The translations under genes were made by a program, and so were the position numbers. Below, one piece after another: positions 1 to 10,581 of a stretch of DNA of 64,000 nt. The notes under the pieces are model-generated. The model saw nothing but the letters and a program-made list of their open reading frames with translations. It was not told the origin of the DNA and made no database searches. Every line of letters begins with the position of its first letter. Position 1 is the stretch's first letter. Source of the stretch: Patescibacteria group bacterium (GTDB lineage Bacteria > Patescibacteriota > Patescibacteriia > UBA9934 > GWF2-40-263); assembly GCA_004297215.1 (NCBI GenBank), contig SCUM01000001.1, forward strand, positions 78,282 through 142,281. The letters are read 5' to 3'.

Positions 1-183
1 TGTTCGTCCCCATGTACGGCGAGACCGAACTCTCGGGGAAGCTGGTGTCGTTCGTGGTGCGCCTGGGCGTGCTCGCGTTCCGCGGCGTGGGCGTGCTTGC
101 CTGGGGGACCACCGGCATCGTGATGTTCTTCGTCCACCTCCTAGCCCTGCCGCTTTCAATCATCGGCATCCTGTATAACGGCC

Positions 184-203
<20 letters not shown>
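1..203 (+). CDS. 3' end of a membrane protein (partial, continues upstream of the window)
   Basis: Open frame from the window edge to TGA at 201-203. The translation is hydrophobic (LVSFVVRLGVLAF...IVMFFVHLLALPLSIIGIL). Confidence 0.3.
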
Positions 204-2810
<2,607 letters not shown>

Positions 2811-2814
<4 letters not shown>

Positions 2815-3854
2815 CACCGGTCATCATTTCTTGGATGCTGATCGCCCTGGCCGTGTCGTTTTTCGCGACGCGGCTGTTGGTTTTGATCGTGCCGAAGTGG
2901 GGGGTCGTGGACCGGCCGGACGGAGAACGCCGGACGCACGCGAAGGCCGTGCCGCTTTTGGGAGGCATAGCCGTGTTCGTCGCGGTCACCGTCTGCGTGG
3001 ATATCCTGCTCCTTTCGGGCGACCAGCTCACGGGCGGGCTCATCACGACGCGCCACTATGTCGGGTTCCTGATCGGCGGACTGATACTCATGGTCGGCGG
3101 CTATCTCGACGACAAGCACCGCCTGTCGCCGCGCCTGGCCGTGGTCGCCCCGATCATCGCCGCGCTCATCGCGATCGCTTCGGGAATCCAGGTCGAGAAA
3201 TTGACGAACCCTTTCGGAGGCGTGATCGAGCTCGCCCCCTGGCAATCGCACGTCCTCGTCTTCGCCTGGCTCATGGGGGCGATGTACACGACGAAGTTCC
3301 TGGACGGGCTCGACGGGCTCGCGACCTCGGTCTCGTCGGTCGGCGCGTTCATGGTGATGTCGCTCGCGCTCACGGTCGCGTACTTCCAGCCCGATGTCGC
3401 CTTGTTCGCCGCAATCGGGATCGGGGCGCTGGCCGGGTTCCTGTTTTGGAACGTCCCACCCGCCGCCATTTTCCTCGGCGAAGGGGGGAGCACGTTCGTC
3501 GGGTACCTCATCGGCACGCTCGCGGTGATTTCCGGGGGGAAGATCGCCACGGCCGCGCTCGTGCTCGGCATTCCCATCATGGACGTGGCGTGGGTGATCC
3601 TTCGTCGTTGGAAGTCTGGGGGAGTAAAAAACGTGTTCAAGGGCGATCGCAAGCACCTGCATCACCGCCTGCTCGCGCTCGGATGGACGAGCGGCCAGGT
3701 CGTCGCTGGCTATACGCTCGTTGCCGCTGCGTTCGGTTCGGCCGCGCTGTTCTTGCAGAGCCGCGAAAAGCTGCTTGCCATGCTCGCGCTGTTTGGACTC
3801 ATGCTCTTCCTGGCCGCCTTCCTGGTCGCGCGCGAACGCACGTCACATGATTAG
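2811..3854 (+). CDS. Glycosyltransferase family 4, WecA/MraY-family undecaprenyl-phosphate sugar-1-phosphate transferase
   Basis: Polytopic membrane protein with 10 or more TM segments and motifs LDGLDGLA, GDxGS-like FLGEGGSTFVG, and DRKHLHHRL. The GTG start overlaps the clp stop (GTGA). Confidence 0.8.
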
Positions 3855-4308
3855 GCTCATCCTCGCCATCGCCATCCTGATCGTCATGCTCGTGTTCTTC
3901 GCGACCAGGGTTCGCGTCCCTGCCGCGTCCTCTGGCCTTGCCTCGATGACCTTGCCGGACGGGAGCCATGTCACGGCCGAGGTCATGGACACTCCCACGG
4001 CCCGCGCCCAGGGTTTGTCGGGACGCGACCGTCTCGAAGAGGGGAAGGGAATGCTGTTCCTTTTCGATACGAAGGCCGCTCACGGGTTCTGGATGAAGGG
4101 GATGAAGTTTTCGATCGACATCGTCTGGCTCGACGGCGACAAGGTGGTGACCGTGCTGCCGGACGTGCCATTCGACCGCATGCATCAGCTCGTCATCCGC
4201 ATGCCCACGGCCCCGGCGGACAAGGTCTTGGAGCTCCCGGCTGGGTATGCCAAGTCCCATGGCATCGTCGAAGGAGCCACGCTTGACATCCTGCTGCCGG
4301 CACGCTAA
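3847..4308 (+). CDS. DUF192-family protein (COG1430)
   Basis: N-terminal signal anchor (MIRLILAIAILIVMLVFFA), then GMLFLFDTKAAHGFWMKGMKFSIDIVWLDGDKVV, typical of DUF192. The ATG at 3847 overlaps the upstream stop by 8 nt. The annotated ORF starts earlier (3721) but that N-terminus is R/S/C-rich junk. Confidence 0.7.
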   Translation: MIRLILAIAILIVMLVFFATRVRVPAASSGLASMTLPDGSHVTAEVMDTPTARAQGLSGRDRLEEGKGMLFLFDTKAAHGFWMKGMKFSIDIVWLDGDKVVTVLPDVPFDRMHQLVIRMPTAPADKVLELPAGYAKSHGIVEGATLDILLPAR

Positions 4309-4323
4309 TCTTCGGGCAGAAAT

Positions 4324-4389
4324 CGCAGCCTCTAGCCTTCAGCCATTAGCCTTTAGCTAACGGCTAACGGCTAACAGCTAATGGCTGCG
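4324..4389. repeat. Imperfect hairpin built from tandem heptamers (TAGCCTT/CAGCCAT ... GCTAACG x3/GCTAATG) in the rplU 5' region
   Basis: cgcagcc...cagccattagc ... gctaatggctg...ggctgcg. The outer 7-bp and inner 11-bp arms are exact reverse complements. 7-nt periodicity. Confidence 0.6.
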
Positions 4390-4444
4390 ACATAAGAGAT
4401 CGCAGGCGATAAGCCCTTGGGAGCCGAAGCCGCGAGCGCAAGAT

Positions 4445-4756
4445 ATGATCGCTGTCGTAAAGACTGGCGGAAAGCAGTACGTGGTCCGGGAGGGGGAGGA
4501 ACTGGTCGCCGAATGGCTCGAGGAGAACCCGGTGGGTTCCACGCTCGAGCTCACGACCCTCCTCGTGTCCGACGAGGACGGAAAGAACGCGAAGGTGGGC
4601 AAGCCTATGGCCGGCAAGGTCACCGCCACGGTGCTCGAGCACGGTCGTGGCGAAAAGGTGCTTGTCGTGAAGTACAAGCCGAAGTCCCGCTATCGTCGCC
4701 ATGTGGGCCACCGCCAGCCGTTCACCAAGCTGAAAATTGAGAAGATTTCCGCGTAA
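4445..4756 (+). CDS. rplU: 50S ribosomal protein L21 (bL21)
   Basis: MIAVVKTGGKQYVVREGEEL is the canonical bL21 N-terminus. 103 aa. No rpmA follows. Confidence 0.9.
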   Translation: MIAVVKTGGKQYVVREGEELVAEWLEENPVGSTLELTTLLVSDEDGKNAKVGKPMAGKVTATVLEHGRGEKVLVVKYKPKSRYRRHVGHRQPFTKLKIEKISA

Positions 4757-4771
4757 GTCGCGACGCATACC

Positions 4772-4799
4772 AAACCCCGCCCTTGTGAGGCGGGGTTTG
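4772..4799 (+). terminator. Rho-independent terminator after rplU
   Basis: aaaccccgcc-cttgtga-ggcggggttt, a GC stem plus T-run, 16 nt after the TAA. Confidence 0.7.
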
Positions 4800-4847
4800 T
4801 CGGTCCCGGGCATGGTGGAGCCGACGGGATTCGAACTGGCACCTCAC

Positions 4848-4983
4848 TGTCATCCTGAACGGAGGCCCTCAGGCCGGAGTGAAGGACCCTGGTCTGGAGG
4901 CCGCCAGATATTTCATTTGGGAATGACCGTCTGGAGGTCGCTCGTCGTGGATCCTTCGTCAGCGGTCCAGACTCAGGATGACA
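4848..4983. repeat. About 136-nt MITE/REP-like element, copy A, with terminal inverted repeats TGTCATCCTGA...TCAGGATGACA
   Basis: About 80% identical to copy B at 49617-49751. Internally self-complementary (ctgaacggaggccctcagg... / ...ggatccttcgtcagcggtccagactcag). Lies between the rplU terminator and the convergent GIY-YIG gene. Confidence 0.7.
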
Positions 4984-4999
4984 ATGAAGGATGGGATTG

Positions 5000-5296
5000 T
5001 TAGTGCAGATTTCCGCTGACATCCGCCCAGATGGGATTCACCGAATCGATAAGGGCGATCTTCTTCCTGCGGACCCATCCCTTTATCTGCTTCTCCCTGG
5101 TGATCGCTTCGTAAGCGCCGGAGAACGCCTCGAAGTAGACGAGCTTCGTGACATTGTATTTTGCCGTAAACCCTTTCACGAACTTCTGATGATGTTCGTA
5201 TACACGACGAGCAAGATTGTTCGTGACACCGGTATAGAGCACGTGGTTGGTGACATTTGTCAGGATGTAGACGGCGTATTGTCTGTCGTGTGCCAT
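5000..5296 (-). CDS. GIY-YIG nuclease superfamily protein (YhbQ/UPF0213-like)
   Basis: MAHDRQYAVYILTNVTNHVLYTGVTNNLARRVYEHHQ...KYNVTKLVYFEAF...REKQIKGW is a GIY-YIG core. Start placed at the Met preceding the domain. The annotated ORF extends to 5407 with a TTG start, but that N-terminal extension overlaps a repeat fragment. Confidence 0.7.
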   Translation of the reverse strand: MAHDRQYAVYILTNVTNHVLYTGVTNNLARRVYEHHQKFVKGFTAKYNVTKLVYFEAFSGAYEAITREKQIKGWVRRKKIALIDSVNPIWADVSGNLH

Positions 5297-5514
5297 AGAT
5301 GATCCTTCGTCGGCTGAGGCCTCCTCAGGACGACATGAGTGTCGCCTCCACGGCCCCTGGAACGTTTCCGTTCCTGCCCGGGGAACATACAAAACGACCC
5401 CCATCAAAGATGGTAGGTCGTTTTGTTGACACCCAGATTTGGAGGTTACCCTCGCTGGTTATTCATAATCTATCAGAAGTTTTGGTTTTCGTCAACGGTC
5501 TCCCTGTGGAAAAG

Positions 5515-6435
5515 TCAGGCGACGAGCAGCGGCTTGTGGTTTTTCGACTTCATGAAGAAGTAGCCTACGACCGCGAAGGTCATCACCGGGGATACCCAGC
5601 TTGGCACGTGGACGCCGAAGGCGTCGAGGAGCATGACGACGGACAGGCCGAGGATGGAGTACATCGCGCCGTTCTTGAGGAACACGTATTTCTTGATCTT
5701 TTCCACGTTGCGGATGGTGAACTCGCGCACCACGTACGCGCCGATGCCGTTGCCGATCAGGATGAGCGGTACAGAGAGGGTGAAAGCGAAGGCTCCAAGC
5801 ACGCCGTCGATGGAGAAGGTCATGTCTATCACTTCCAGGTAGAGGATCTTCGACAGGTCGGAAAGGTGGGACTTGGTGAGCTGCGCCTCGGCCTGTTCCG
5901 CGTTCTGCTTGAAGCCGTGGGTGATGAAGAACGCCGTGGAACCGACGACCGCTCCGAAGGCCATCACCGGATTCTCCTTAAGCCCGAACCACACGATGAG
6001 GGTGAGGAGGATCGACACGACGGCGTAGAACCAGATTCCCTGGCGGGAGAAGAAGTGCTCACCGGGGAGCCCGAACGTCTTCTTTTCGAGGAACAGCCAG
6101 TGGAAGAACAGGAACAACAGGAACGTCCCGCCTCCGGCGAGCAGGATGGGGGCTGACAGTTCGATCGCCGCATGCACGCTCGGGTCGTTGGAGAAGGTGG
6201 CCGTGAGCGCGCCGACGGGGCCGAGCGACGGGGTCACGGCCCACACGATGAGCCACGGCAGCAGGCCGCGCACGGCGAACACCGCGAAGATGAGTCCCCA
6301 GAACAGGAACCATTTTCGGGCGCGTTGCCCCATGCCGTGCAGCACCTCGGCGTTGATGATGGCGTTGTCGATGGAGCTGACCGTCTCGAACAGCACGAGG
6401 CCGGCGATGGTGATGAGCGCGGGGACGAGTTCCAT
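5515..6435 (-). CDS. TerC-family integral membrane protein
   Basis: Multi-TM protein with the TerC signature SIDNAIINAEVL. 306 aa. Confidence 0.8.
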   Translation of the reverse strand: MELVPALITIAGLVLFETVSSIDNAIINAEVLHGMGQRARKWFLFWGLIFAVFAVRGLLPWLIVWAVTPSLGPVGALTATFSNDPSVHAAIELSAPILLAGGGTFLLFLFFHWLFLEKKTFGLPGEHFFSRQGIWFYAVVSILLTLIVWFGLKENPVMAFGAVVGSTAFFITHGFKQNAEQAEAQLTKSHLSDLSKILYLEVIDMTFSIDGVLGAFAFTLSVPLILIGNGIGAYVVREFTIRNVEKIKKYVFLKNGAMYSILGLSVVMLLDAFGVHVPSWVSPVMTFAVVGYFFMKSKNHKPLLVA

Positions 6436-6438
6436 AGG

Positions 6439-7041
6439 CTAGGCGTCACGGCGGCCTTTTAACGCGTCACCGAGCGTCACCTCGTCGGCGTATTCGAGGC
6501 TGGCGCCCATGGGCAGGCCGCGGGCGAGGCGCGTCACCCGGCGGCCGAGCGGGGAAAGTTTCTTGGCCAAGTATAGCATGGTGGTTTCCCCCTGGATGGT
6601 GGGGGAGAGCGCCAATATCACCTCGACGATGTCCGGATTCGCGGCGAGGCGCTGTTCCAGGTCCGCGATGCGCAGCACGTCGGGCGTGATCCCTTCGATG
6701 GGATTGAGCACCCCGCCGAGCACGAGGTAGAGCCCGCGGTAGGCGCCGGTGGATTCCATCGTGGCGATGTCGCGCGACTCCTCGACCACGCACAGGAGGC
6801 TTCGGTCGCGTCTGTTGTCCGTGCAGATCTCGCATCCCTCGGATTCGCCGTACGAGAAACAGGCGCCGCAGGTCTTCACGCGTTCGCCCAGGCGCACGAT
6901 CGCCCCGGCCATCATGGACAGGTCGCCCTTCGGAAGCTTCAGAAGATAGTACACGAACCGCAGGGCCGTCTTCGGCCCCACGCCGGGGAGGCGCGCGAAC
7001 GCCGCGACGGCGTTCGCGATGGGTTCGGGGAAGCGGCGCAT
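6439..7041 (-). CDS. recR: Recombination protein RecR
   Basis: HhH (LPGVGPKTALR), C4 zinc finger (CGACFSYGESEGCEIC), Toprim (VVEESRDIATME). 200 aa. Confidence 0.9.
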   Translation of the reverse strand: MRRFPEPIANAVAAFARLPGVGPKTALRFVYYLLKLPKGDLSMMAGAIVRLGERVKTCGACFSYGESEGCEICTDNRRDRSLLCVVEESRDIATMESTGAYRGLYLVLGGVLNPIEGITPDVLRIADLEQRLAANPDIVEVILALSPTIQGETTMLYLAKKLSPLGRRVTRLARGLPMGASLEYADEVTLGDALKGRRDA

Positions 7042-7042
7042 G

Positions 7043-7345
7043 TTACATCCCCAGCTGCTTCATCGCTTCTTGGAGCCCGCCCATGTCCTTCATCCTGCCG
7101 GCGAGCTGCTTCTGCAGCTTCTTCACGGCGTCGGCGAACGCCTCCTTGAGGAGCTCCACCAGTTTGGACTTGTCGGCCATGAGCTCGTCGGCGATCTCGA
7201 TGTCGAGGATGCGCTGGTTGCCGTTCAGCTTCACCTTCACCTTGCCCCAGCCGGCCTCGCCCTCGGCGACGACTTCCTCGAGGGCGTTCTGCATGATTTT
7301 CGCCTGGTCGCGGAGGTTCTTGACGGCCTTGATCTTGTTGAACAT
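7043..7345 (-). CDS. ybaB: Nucleoid-associated protein YbaB/EbfC
   Basis: MFNKIKAVKNLRDQAKIMQNALEE...VKVKLNGNQRILDIEI. 100 aa, immediately upstream of recR as in the conserved ybaB-recR pair. Confidence 0.9.
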   Translation of the reverse strand: MFNKIKAVKNLRDQAKIMQNALEEVVAEGEAGWGKVKVKLNGNQRILDIEIADELMADKSKLVELLKEAFADAVKKLQKQLAGRMKDMGGLQEAMKQLGM

Positions 7346-7350
7346 ATCGA

Positions 7351-7456
7351 AAGGGGGTAGTTGGTAGTGCGTAGTGCGTAGGGTTGAAGGGTAGCGTGGA
7401 AAATGTCTTTAGACAACAGTCGATGCTACCCCCTACCACCTACGTACTACCCCTTC
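7351..7456. repeat. Intergenic imperfect palindrome rich in GGTAG/CTACC motifs (ybaB-dnaB spacer)
   Basis: aagggggtagttggtagtgcgtagtgcgtagggttgaagggtag ... gctaccccctaccacctacgtactaccccttcag. The right arm is approximately the reverse complement of the left. It shares ctaccccctaccacctac with ligA (51393-51428). Confidence 0.6.
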
Positions 7457-8924
7457 AGATTCCTGAAGGATTCGGGTCCACGGGGGGCGGTCCTCCCGCG
7501 CCGTGGCTTTGGGCCGGGGGCGGGCCTGCGGCAGCCAACGCCTTGGCAGGTGCCGCGTTGAAATCCCCTCCGCGGCGGTCGAGGTTCTTGAAGCTGGTGC
7601 GCTGGATGTCGAAGAACAGGCGCACCATGCCGGTGGGGCCGTTGCGGTGCTTGGCGATGTGGATCTCGGCCAGGGTCTTCTCCTCCGGCGTGAGCTCGTC
7701 GATCTGGTAGTTGCGGTCCGCGCTCTTCCTATAGATGAACAGCACCACGTCGGCATCCTGCTCGATGGAGCCGGAGTCGCGCAGGTGGGAGAGGCGCGGG
7801 ATGGCGGGCTTCACCATCTCCACGGCGCGGGAGAGCTGGGCGAGCGCGAGCACCGGCACGTTGAGCTCGCGGGCGATCTGCTTCAGCCCGCGCGAGATTT
7901 CCGACACCTCCTGCACGCGGTTGTCGGAGTTGCTGTTCTTGTTGCGCCCCTCCATGAGCTGGAGGTAGTCGATGATGACGAGCCCCAGGCCGTGCTCGGC
8001 CTGCAGCCTCCGGCACTTGGTGCGCAGCTCCATGATGGTGAGCGAGGCCGAGTCGTCGATGTAGATGGGGGCCTCGGACAGGACGCCCAGCGCGTGTCCG
8101 ATGCGCGGGAAGTCGTCGTCGCGGTCGGAGAGCCGTCCCGTGCGCAGCTTCCACAGGTCGATGTTGGCTTCCGCGCAGATCATGCGGTCCACCAGCTGTT
8201 CCTTGGACATTTCCAAGGAGAACAGCGCCGTAGGGACCTTTCCCTTCACCGCCACGTTGCGGGCGATGTCGAGCGCGAGCGAGGTCTTGCCCACGCTCGG
8301 GCGCGCCGCGAGGATGATGAGGTCGCTGCGCTGGAGCCCGGCCGTGAGCTGGTCGAGGTCCGTGAGGCCGGTAGCCACGCCGCGCAGCTTCCCGCGCTCG
8401 CGGTGCAGCTCGTCGATGCGCTTGAACGCGTCCTCCAAGACGCTCCGGATCGCGATGAAGGTGTTCTTGAGGAACTTCTGGCTCACCCGGAACAGCGTGC
8501 GTTCCGCCTCGTCGAGGGTCGCTTCCACGTCCTCGCCCTCCTCGAACCCGAGCTTGGTGATGTTGCCCGCCGCCTCGATGAGCCGGCGCAGGGTGGATTT
8601 CTTCTGCACGATCTGCGCGTAGTTCACGATGTGCGCCGAGGTAGGCACGGTGTTCGACAGCTCCACCAGGTAGGTGCGGCCGCCCACGCGCTGCAGATGC
8701 CCTTTTTCCTCAAGACGGTTGCCGAGGGTGAGGATGTCGACCGGCTCGTGGCGTTCGTACAGCTCGCACACCGTGTCGAAGATGAGCCGATGGGAGTCCC
8801 GATAAAAATCCTCGGGCCGCACGATGTCGGCCACTTTCATCATGGCATCCTGGTCCACGAGCAGGCACCCGAGCAGGGATTGCTCGGCCTCGAGGTTTTG
8901 CGGCGGAAGGCGTTCGACGGCCAT
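7455..8924 (-). CDS. dnaB: Replicative DNA helicase DnaB
   Basis: MAVERLPPQNLEAEQSLLGCLL (DnaB N-domain), Walker A ARPSVGKTSLAL, RecA-like core. Unusual Pro/Gly-rich C-terminal tail (AAAGPPPAQSHGAGGPPPVDPNPSGI). Start chosen at the MAVER Met, not the upstream ORF-track start. Confidence 0.9.
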   Translation of the reverse strand: MAVERLPPQNLEAEQSLLGCLLVDQDAMMKVADIVRPEDFYRDSHRLIFDTVCELYERHEPVDILTLGNRLEEKGHLQRVGGRTYLVELSNTVPTSAHIVNYAQIVQKKSTLRRLIEAAGNITKLGFEEGEDVEATLDEAERTLFRVSQKFLKNTFIAIRSVLEDAFKRIDELHRERGKLRGVATGLTDLDQLTAGLQRSDLIILAARPSVGKTSLALDIARNVAVKGKVPTALFSLEMSKEQLVDRMICAEANIDLWKLRTGRLSDRDDDFPRIGHALGVLSEAPIYIDDSASLTIMELRTKCRRLQAEHGLGLVIIDYLQLMEGRNKNSNSDNRVQEVSEISRGLKQIARELNVPVLALAQLSRAVEMVKPAIPRLSHLRDSGSIEQDADVVLFIYRKSADRNYQIDELTPEEKTLAEIHIAKHRNGPTGMVRLFFDIQRTSFKNLDRRGGDFNAAPAKALAAAGPPPAQSHGAGGPPPVDPNPSGI

Positions 8925-9010
8925 ACGGTGGGAGCATGGTAGCGGAGGGGGAGAAGAGGGAGAAGGGGAGAAAGGGGATGAGGTGTGATAAACTTGGGGA
9001 AAGATCCAAC

Positions 9011-10165
9011 ATGCGGCATTGGAGGGCACATATCAACCTGCCGTTCTGGCGCGCGGTCGCGGGGATGGTCGGCGGGACCGTCGGGGTCGGCGTGTTCGGC
9101 CTGCCGTTCGCGTTCTCGCAAAGCGGGTTCGCGATCGGCCTCACGACCCTCGCGGTCGTCGCGGCGGCCGTGCTGGTGCTCAACCTCATGTACGGCGACC
9201 TGGTGCTGCAGACCGCCGGCCGCCACCGGTTCGGCGGATACGTGCGCGAGCATCTCGGGGACGGGTGGGGACATCTGGCCTCGATGACCATGGCCTTCGG
9301 CGTGATCGGGGCCATGTTGGCGTTCATGGTGGTGGGCGGACGGTTCCTTGAGGAGCTGCTGATGCCCCTCGTCGCGCTCCCGGAAGAGGCCTGCGCGTTC
9401 GCGCTCGCCGCGACGGTGGCGGCCGCGTCGTATCGCGGCACGCGCCTCGCCGCGCGCGTCGAAGGGGTCGTCGTCGGGGCGCTCTTGTTCCTGTTCGCGT
9501 TCCTCACGCTCGCCGTGCTCCCAGAGGGGCACGTGAGCAACCTCGCGGGCGCCAATCTCGCCAAGGCATTCGTGCCGTACGGGGTCGTGCTCTTCGCCCT
9601 GGCGGGCGGCGGCGTGATCCCGGACATGCGGGACGTGCTGGGCGCGCGCCGGGAACGCGAGCTCCCGCACGCGATCGGCCTCGGCCTCCTGCTCATCGTC
9701 GCGCTGTACGCGGCGTTTTCGGCCGCCGTCCTCGCCGCCACGGGGAGCGCGACCACCCCGGCGGCCCTGACGGGGCTCATCGCGCTGCTCGGCCCGTCGT
9801 TCGGGCTCGTCGTTTCGCTGCTCGGCTCCCTGGTGGTCGCCTCCATCTTCCTCACGCATGCCGTCATCCTCCAGAACCAGCTTCACGTGGACCACGGGGT
9901 GAAACGAACCCATGCCTGGCTCGCCGCGTCGCTCGCGGCCCCGGCGCTCTACCTGCTCGGCCTTCGCGATTTCATCGCCATCATCGGGTTCGTGGGGTCG
10001 GTATTCGGCGGCGTGTCCGGGTTGCTCATCATCGCCTCATACGAGGCGATGCGCACAAGCCGGTGGTGCCGCGAGCACGTGTGCCTTGACGTCCCGTTTG
10101 CCGTCTCCGCCCTCGTCGCCGTATCATTCATCATCGGCATCCTCGCCGAACTCCATTCCTTATGA
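9011..10165 (+). CDS. Amino-acid permease (HAAAP/SdaC-TyrP-like transporter family)
   Basis: About 11 TM segments. N-terminal INLPFWRAVAGMVGGTVGVGVFGLPFAF resembles hydroxy/aromatic amino-acid permeases. Divergent from dnaB. Confidence 0.6.
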   Translation: MRHWRAHINLPFWRAVAGMVGGTVGVGVFGLPFAFSQSGFAIGLTTLAVVAAAVLVLNLMYGDLVLQTAGRHRFGGYVREHLGDGWGHLASMTMAFGVIGAMLAFMVVGGRFLEELLMPLVALPEEACAFALAATVAAASYRGTRLAARVEGVVVGALLFLFAFLTLAVLPEGHVSNLAGANLAKAFVPYGVVLFALAGGGVIPDMRDVLGARRERELPHAIGLGLLLIVALYAAFSAAVLAATGSATTPAALTGLIALLGPSFGLVVSLLGSLVVASIFLTHAVILQNQLHVDHGVKRTHAWLAASLAAPALYLLGLRDFIAIIGFVGSVFGGVSGLLIIASYEAMRTSRWCREHVCLDVPFAVSALVAVSFIIGILAELHSL

Positions 10166-10581
10166 AGTTTCGCGCATTCCTTTCCGGCCGGAGCCTCCTG
10201 TGGTGGTTGGGGCTGTTCCCCACCCTGTTCATGGCCTCGGTCATGCTCTACGTCGCGGCGGTCGCGACCGGCCTCCCCGCCTATTTCCTCGCGGCCCAGC
10301 TCGCCGGCCCCCTCCTGTTCTTCCTGTTCGCCTGGTTGTATTTCCGCGGGCTCGAGATCCAGACCTATGCGTTCCATTTCGCCACGGGGGTGATGTGGAT
10401 TGCGCTCACGCTCGTGGGGTATGCGCTCCTCATGAAGCCGGTGTACGGCGTTTCCTGGCAGGACGTGTTCGGGATCGAGACGCTCTCGGGGCAGGGGGCG
10501 AACCTCGTGGCCGTGCTCGTCGCCGGTTTCGTCGCCAAGCGGCATCCCAGGAAGATGCGGACGCCGGAAGGGCTCGTTTAG
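10162..10581 (+). CDS. Hypothetical small membrane protein (4 TM)
   Basis: ATGA overlap with the permease stop. Hydrophobic segments throughout. No recognisable family. Confidence 0.45.
   Translation: MKFRAFLSGRSLLWWLGLFPTLFMASVMLYVAAVATGLPAYFLAAQLAGPLLFFLFAWLYFRGLEIQTYAFHFATGVMWIALTLVGYALLMKPVYGVSWQDVFGIETLSGQGANLVAVLVAGFVAKRHPRKMRTPEGLV

Noticed and set aside
4320-4440. Possible CRISPR-like or tandem repeat array from the 7-mer repeats
   Set aside because: The units are 7 nt with no spacers, and the two blocks are complementary arms of one hairpin. Not CRISPR architecture. No cas genes in the window.
4812-4890. Candidate tRNA gene on the minus strand
   Set aside because: Only the T-loop, acceptor 3' strand and CCA are present. 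No matching 5' acceptor strand, D-arm or anticodon arm can be paired, so it is reported as a remnant rather than a gene.
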